This document shows, piece after piece, positions 24,755 through 29,162 of a stretch of DNA of 29,162 nt. The position numbers and the translations under genes were made by a program. Location: positions 1 through 29,162 of the forward strand of contig CAZEKK010000004.1 of NCBI GenBank assembly GCA_964512905.1, given 5' to 3'. Position 1 is the first letter of the stretch. Every line of letters begins with the position of its first letter. Below the pieces are notes generated by a model. That model saw nothing but the letters and a program-made list of their open reading frames with translations, searched no databases and was not told where the DNA came from. The DNA comes from an uncultured Solirubrobacteraceae bacterium (GTDB lineage Bacteria > Actinomycetota > Thermoleophilia > Solirubrobacterales > Solirubrobacteraceae).

Positions 24755-24787
24755 AAGAAACGCAATCCGCCCCGCCATCGCGGGGCG
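24755..24787 (-). terminator. Hairpin/terminator downstream of tRNA-Val
   Basis: 8-bp stem CGCCCCGC/GCGGGGCG (24768-24787), followed on the minus strand by GATTGCGTTTCTT. Confidence 0.5.
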
Positions 24788-24795
24788 TTCCAGAG

Positions 24796-24868
24796 TGGGC
24801 GATACTGGGCTCGAACCAGTGACCTCCGCCTTGTCGAGGCGGCGCTCTCCCAGCTGAGCTAATCGCCC
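24796..24868 (-). tRNA. tRNA-Val (GAC)
   Basis: GGGCGAT-TAGCTCAGCTGGGAGAGC-G-CCGCC-TCGACAA-GGCGG-AGGTC-ACTGG-TTCGAGC-CCAGT-ATCGCCC-A. Full cloverleaf; CCA not encoded. -10 TAGGCT at 24887-24882. Confidence 0.98.
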
Positions 24869-24934
24869 TGGGACTGGGCGAAGCCTAGCAACGGCGGGCG
24901 GGGCGTCGCGAGCCGATCCTTTAGCGTCCAGCCG

Positions 24935-26092
24935 ATGCGCGTGCTCTACGGCGTCGCCGGCGAGGGAATGGGCCACGCGACCCGATCCGAGGTCGTGATC
25001 GGCGCGCTGCAGGAGGCCCACGATGTCGCCGTCGTCGCGTCGGGCGCCGCCTTCCGCCACCTACGCACGCGCCTTCCGAAGGTCGACGAGGTCTTCGGGC
25101 TGACCTTCGCGCTGGGCGGCGAGGGCGAGATCCGCCGCTGGGACACGGCGCTCCAGAACGTCCGCCTCGCCCGCCGGGACCTGCCCGACACGCTGCGGGT
25201 CTGGCTCGACGATGTCCGGGCCTGGCGTCCGGACGTCGTGATCACCGACTTCGAGCCGCTGGCCGGCCTCTACGCCCGCCTGACCCGGACCCCGCTCGTC
25301 GCGGTCGACAACATTCACGCGCTCGACCGCTGCCGGCACCCGCCCGACCTGCTCGCCGCGGACCACGACGATTTCCTCCTCGCCCGCACGGTGGTGCGCT
25401 CGATGGTTCCGGGCGCCGTCGAGTACGTCGTCACGACGTTCTTCGACGCCCCGCCGGCCAAGCGCCGGACCACGCTCGTGCCGCCGATCCTGCGACCGGA
25501 GATCGTCCGGGCCCGGCCCCGGCGGGGCGAGCACCTCGTGGTCTACTCGAGCGGCGATCCGGCGCTGCTGCACGCCCTGCGGGCGACCGGCCTTCCCTGC
25601 CTCGTCTACGGCATGCGCGGCGGGCCGGACGCCGCCCGGACCGACGGGAACCTCGAGTTCCGGCCGCCGTCGAACGCCGGCTTCGTCAAGGCCCTGCGCA
25701 CGGCGCGCGGCGTCGTGGCCGGCGGCGGCTTCTCCCTGATCGGCGAGGCGGTCTACCTCGGCAAGCCGATCCTGGCGATCCCGCTGCGCGGCCAGTTCGA
25801 GCAGGCGCTCAACGCCCGCTACGTCGCCCGGCTGGGCTATGGGCTCTGTGCTCCGGAGCCCACGCACGCCGTCCTGAACGAGTTCGTCGGTCGCCTGCCG
25901 GAGTTCGAGGCGGCGCTCGCGTCCTACGAGCAGGTCGGCAATGCGGTCGCACTGCGGACGATCGAGGAGCGCGCGGCGGCGGCTGCCGAGGCCGCGCCGA
26001 AGGAGATCCGCCAGTTCAAGCGCCGCGCGCGGCGTCCGGTGCCCCCGTCCCGTCCGGCTGGGCCCGCCGAACACCGGGGGCGGCGCACGTGA
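24935..26092 (+). CDS. GT-B glycosyltransferase (MJ1255/VC2487-like, GT28-related)
   Basis: YGVAGEGMGHATRS, VITDFEP, GGFSLIGEAVYLGKP and PLRGQFEQALNA. ATG 7 nt after TAGCGT. Confidence 0.87.
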   Translation: MRVLYGVAGEGMGHATRSEVVIGALQEAHDVAVVASGAAFRHLRTRLPKVDEVFGLTFALGGEGEIRRWDTALQNVRLARRDLPDTLRVWLDDVRAWRPDVVITDFEPLAGLYARLTRTPLVAVDNIHALDRCRHPPDLLAADHDDFLLARTVVRSMVPGAVEYVVTTFFDAPPAKRRTTLVPPILRPEIVRARPRRGEHLVVYSSGDPALLHALRATGLPCLVYGMRGGPDAARTDGNLEFRPPSNAGFVKALRTARGVVAGGGFSLIGEAVYLGKPILAIPLRGQFEQALNARYVARLGYGLCAPEPTHAVLNEFVGRLPEFEAALASYEQVGNAVALRTIEERAAAAAEAAPKEIRQFKRRARRPVPPSRPAGPAEHRGRRT

Positions 26093-26841
26093 GCCGCCGG
26101 GCGCTGGCGATCGCGGGCGCGGGCGCGGGCGCCGCCGTCGCCGGTCTGGCCTGGTTCAACGGCCAGTCCCCGACCTCGCAGCTCTACGGCGCAACGATCG
26201 CGCGGCGCCCCGGCGCCGGCCCGTGCGTCGCGCTGACCTACGACGACGGACCCAACCCCCGGGTCACGCCGGCCCTGCTGGCCGCCTTGGAGCGCCACCA
26301 CGCGAAGGCCACGTTCTTCAGCGTCGGGCGCTTCGCCCAGCGGGAGCCCGGGCTGATGCGCGAGATGGCGGCGGCGGGCCACGCCATCGGCAACCACACG
26401 TGGACGCACCCGTCGATGCCGCTGCGCACTGCCAGCCAGATTCGCGAGGAGCTCGCACGGACGCGCGCGGCGGTCGAGGCCGCCGGCGTGGCCTTCAGCA
26501 CCGTCGACGGCGCCATGCTCATGCGCCCGCCCTACGGGCGCCGCCGGCCCGGCACCCTGCGCACGGTGCGCGCGGAGGGCTACGTCCCGGTGCTGTGGTC
26601 GGTCACCGGCTGGGACTGGCGCCCGCAGGAGACCGCCGCCTCGATCGCCGCCCGCGGCGAGCGCGCGCAGGGCGGCGACATCGTTCTGCTCCACGACGGC
26701 AACCACCGCACCCCGGCGGGCGACCGCTTCCGCTCCCTGGCCGCCACCGAGGTCATCCTCGACACGCTCGGGGACCGCGGGTTCGAGTTCGTGACGGTGC
26801 CCGGCCTCGTCGCCGGCGCGCGAGCGGGCGGCGTGGCCTGA
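26089..26841 (+). CDS. Polysaccharide deacetylase (NodB/CE4) with an N-terminal anchor
   Basis: All five CE4 motifs: TYDDGP, GNHTWTH, RPPYG, GWDW and LLHDG. GTGA overlap with the glycosyltransferase gene. Confidence 0.93.
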   Translation: MSRRALAIAGAGAGAAVAGLAWFNGQSPTSQLYGATIARRPGAGPCVALTYDDGPNPRVTPALLAALERHHAKATFFSVGRFAQREPGLMREMAAAGHAIGNHTWTHPSMPLRTASQIREELARTRAAVEAAGVAFSTVDGAMLMRPPYGRRRPGTLRTVRAEGYVPVLWSVTGWDWRPQETAASIAARGERAQGGDIVLLHDGNHRTPAGDRFRSLAATEVILDTLGDRGFEFVTVPGLVAGARAGGVA

Positions 26842-26869
26842 CGCGCCGCTACCCTTGGCCGATCACCCC

Positions 26870-26940
26870 GGCGACGTGGCGGAGTGGTTACGCAGCGGCC
26901 TGCAAAGCCGTTTACACCGGTTCGATTCCGGTCGTCGCCT
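26870..26940 (+). tRNA. tRNA-Cys (GCA)
   Basis: GGCGACG-TGGCGGAGTGGTTACGC-A-GCGGC-CTGCAAA-GCCGT-TTAC-ACCGG-TTCGATT-CCGGT-CGTCGCC-T, with the U73 discriminator. -10 TACCCT at 26850-26855. Confidence 0.98.
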
Positions 26941-27132
26941 TGACCGGCCCGCTCCAGCGCGCACGTCGGACCGCTGGCGTACCGCGGGCCGCTGCGGTCG
27001 AGCCGGCGCCGGCAGATCGGCGCAGAGCAGCTCGTCGGCGACGCCCATGGACCGGACCCTCGCGCGGGGCCGTCTGCCCGGAGGGGCCGGCCGGGCGCGG
27101 CGCGCAGGTCAGCTTGACTTCCGGTGGCACCG

Positions 27133-27140
27133 ACCGATAA
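27133..27140 (+). promoter_or_regulatory. Sigma28-type -10 element ACCGATAA before the GGDEF-EAL gene
   Basis: 7/8 match to GCCGATAA, 8 nt before ATG 27149. The -35 is poor (TTGAC at N14). Confidence 0.45.
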
Positions 27141-27148
27141 CCGTGGGC

Positions 27149-29068
27149 ATGGAGGTATCGGGGGCTCCGCCGGCGGCCCAAGCGCCCGTGGCCGCAGGGG
27201 TGCGGGGCTGGATCGGCGCTCGGCTCGGCCGCGCCGGCCACGTCGGCGCCCCCGAAGACCCCGCGGACGACGGCCCCCTGATCGCGCGCTCCCTCGCCTA
27301 CCTCTTCATCAGCGGCGGCGGGCTCTCGCTCGTGTGGCTGGCCCTGCCCCACACCGCAGCGGCGGACGACCTGAACGTCCTGATTCCGTCGCTGATCGCA
27401 GTGGGCTGGGGCTTCGTTCTGATCGTCGGCATGGACCGCATCCCGATGTGGATGCTCAAGGCCACCATCTCCCTGGCCACGGTCGTCATCACCTGGGCGA
27501 TGGTCGCCAACCACCAGGACGGCAGCGTCTACGTTCTCTACTACTTGTGGGCGACGCTGTACGCCTACTGCTTCTTCTCCCGGGCCCAGGCGGTGTTCCA
27601 GACGGCGCTCGTCGGGATCGCCTACGCCGCCGTGCTCGTCGTGCAGCGCGAGACGTGGACCGCGGAGATCGCCCGCTGGCTCCTCACCATGGCCACGCTG
27701 GCGGTCGCCGGGATGCTCGTCCGCTACCTCTCGGAGACGCTGCGGCATCGGTCCCTGCACGATCCGCTCACCGGCCTCCCGAATCGGCGGCTGTTCCTGA
27801 AGGAGCTTCACCGCGCCCTGCGCGACGCCGCCGCGAGCCCGGACGCCGGCCGGCCCGCCGTGGCCTTCCTGGATCTCGACCGCTTCAAGTTCGTCAACGA
27901 TTCGCTCGGGCACCACGTGGGCGACCTGCTCCTGGCTGCCGTCGCGCCGCGACTTGCCGCGACCGTGCGACCGGGGGATCTGCTGGCGCGGTTCGGCGGC
28001 GACGAGTTCGCCGTGCTCTGCACCGGCCTCGCCGACGAGCAGGCGGCCATCGGTCTCGCCGAGCGCCTGAACGGGGCGCTGCACCAGCCCGTGCCGATCG
28101 CCGACGACGCCCTGCACGTGACGGCCAGCGTCGGGGTTGCCCTCGCGCCCCGCGGGAGCCGCGACGCCGAGGGCCTGCTCCGCGATGCCGACGTGGCGAT
28201 GTACCGCGCCAAGGAGCTCGGACGCGAGCGGGCCGAGCTGTTCGACGATTCCCTGCGCGAGCGCGTCCGGGCCCGGCTGCATCTCGAGAACGAGCTGCGC
28301 CGCGCGCTTGACCGCGAGGAGCTCACCGTCGCCTACCAGCCGATCGTCGAGCTCGAGACCGGAAGCATCGCCGGCATCGAGGCGCTCGTGCGCTGGCATC
28401 ACGCCTCGGACGGGACCATTCCTCCCGACCGGTTCGTCGGCCTGGCCGAGGAGACGGGCCTGATCGTGCCGCTGGGCTGGCAGGTCCTGCGGCAGGCTTG
28501 CCAGCAGGCCGTGCGCTGGGACGCCGCTGGCGGTGCGCTGGCCGGCCTGCCCCTGAGCGTGAACTTCTCGGCCCGGCAGTTCATGCACGCCGACCTCATC
28601 GCGTCTGTGCAGGGCATCCTGGCCGACACCGGCCTCCCGGGCAGCCGGCTCGTGCTGGAGATCACCGAGAGTGTCCTAATGGAGGACGCTGCCGCGCCTG
28701 AGACCACGTTCAAGGCGCTGCAGCGCCTCGGCGTGCAGCTTGCGCTCGACGACTTCGGAACCGGCTACTCCTCCCTCTCCTACCTCCAGCGCTACCCCCT
28801 CCAGCAGGTCAAGCTCGACCGCGAGTTCGTCGCGGGACTGGGCGCTGGCGGACGGGACGAGGCGATCGTCGGCGCGATCCTCACGATGGCCGGCGCACTC
28901 GGCATCGACATCGTGGCCGAGGGCATCGAGAGCCGGGGCCAGCTCGACGTGCTGCGCCGGCTCGGCTGCCGGCTCGGGCAGGGCTACCTGTTCGCCCGCC
29001 CCGAGCCGGCCGAGTCGCTCGGCGGCTCGCTGGCCGGACGCGCCGGGATCTGCCGCGTCGCGGGCTGA
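27149..29068 (+). CDS. Membrane diguanylate cyclase / EAL phosphodiesterase
   Basis: About 6 TM helices, then HDPLTGLPNRR and RPGDLLARFGGDEF (RxxD I-site), then IEALVRW, EITES, DDFGTGYSS, VAEGIE and QGYLF. Start taken as ATG 27149; the ORF-track extension reads through tRNA-Cys. Confidence 0.94.
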   Translation: MEVSGAPPAAQAPVAAGVRGWIGARLGRAGHVGAPEDPADDGPLIARSLAYLFISGGGLSLVWLALPHTAAADDLNVLIPSLIAVGWGFVLIVGMDRIPMWMLKATISLATVVITWAMVANHQDGSVYVLYYLWATLYAYCFFSRAQAVFQTALVGIAYAAVLVVQRETWTAEIARWLLTMATLAVAGMLVRYLSETLRHRSLHDPLTGLPNRRLFLKELHRALRDAAASPDAGRPAVAFLDLDRFKFVNDSLGHHVGDLLLAAVAPRLAATVRPGDLLARFGGDEFAVLCTGLADEQAAIGLAERLNGALHQPVPIADDALHVTASVGVALAPRGSRDAEGLLRDADVAMYRAKELGRERAELFDDSLRERVRARLHLENELRRALDREELTVAYQPIVELETGSIAGIEALVRWHHASDGTIPPDRFVGLAEETGLIVPLGWQVLRQACQQAVRWDAAGGALAGLPLSVNFSARQFMHADLIASVQGILADTGLPGSRLVLEITESVLMEDAAAPETTFKALQRLGVQLALDDFGTGYSSLSYLQRYPLQQVKLDREFVAGLGAGGRDEAIVGAILTMAGALGIDIVAEGIESRGQLDVLRRLGCRLGQGYLFARPEPAESLGGSLAGRAGICRVAG

Positions 29069-29107
29069 CCGGCCCGAGGACCGACCGGGCTATACTGGCC
29101 GCCGCGC

Positions 29108-29162
29108 GCGGCTGTAGCTCAGTTGGCTAGAGCGTCTGCTTGCCATGCAGAAGGTCGTGGGT
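29108..29162 (+). tRNA. tRNA-Gly (GCC), 5' part (cut by the window end)
   Basis: GCGGCTG-TAGCTCAGTTGGCTAGAGC-G-TCTGC-TTGCCAT-GCAGA-AGGTC-GTGGGT. -10 TATACT at 29091-29096. Confidence 0.95.

Noticed and set aside
19683-24795. Prophage or integrative element at tRNA-Val
   Set aside because: No integrase, no phage or transposase genes, and no duplicated tRNA 3' end found by eye.
24912-24919. GCCGATCC upstream of the glycosyltransferase as a fourth sigma28 site
   Set aside because: No TCAAG/TAAA-like -35 at the right distance, and a TAGCGT -10 with leaderless spacing explains the start better.
26942-26999. Long interrupted hairpin after tRNA-Cys as a separate ncRNA
   Set aside because: Short GC-rich stems are consistent with a tRNA trailer or terminator; there is no other support.
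26855-27148. N-terminal extension of the GGDEF/EAL ORF
   Set aside because: It reads through tRNA-Cys. ATG 27149, after the CCGATAA element, is more plausible.
1-29162. CRISPR array, rRNA, toxin-antitoxin or defence system
   Set aside because: No regularly spaced direct repeats, rRNA-like sequence or recognisable cas/defence domains were seen.

Overview
Very GC-rich core-genome region of an actinobacterium; the gene set and protein styles suggest Thermoleophilia/Solirubrobacterales (inference). The left half is the minus-strand translation superoperon thrS-infC-rpmI-rplT-trmH-like-pheS-pheT-argC-argJ-argB (argB is cut by the window edge). It is interrupted by a divergently oriented cupin gene and a GNAT acetyltransferase. 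Next come an Rpf-like transglycosylase, a class V PLP enzyme, a lipoprotein, an asparaginase, a membrane GGDEF/HD-GYP protein, an HSL-family esterase, a YceH/DUF480 protein, a thioesterase, a divergent pair of secreted proteins (DUF1254/DUF1214 and a 1129-aa multidomain protein), tRNA-Val(GAC), a glycosyltransferase-deacetylase pair, tRNA-Cys(GCA), a membrane GGDEF/EAL protein and the start of tRNA-Gly(GCC). No mobile element, CRISPR array or defence system is visible. The most interesting signals lie between genes. (1) Mini-ORFs exactly bridge stop and start codons at argJ/argB and pheS/pheT, and a two-step TTG-TTG-GTG chain leads into infC, which may be an IF3-sensing relay. (2) A perfect LexA-type SOS box abuts the -10 of the Rpf-like gene, followed by a structured leader. 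(3) Sigma28/WhiG-type promoters precede the cupin and both c-di-GMP enzymes, and one of them is palindromic. (4) Most genes appear to be leaderless.
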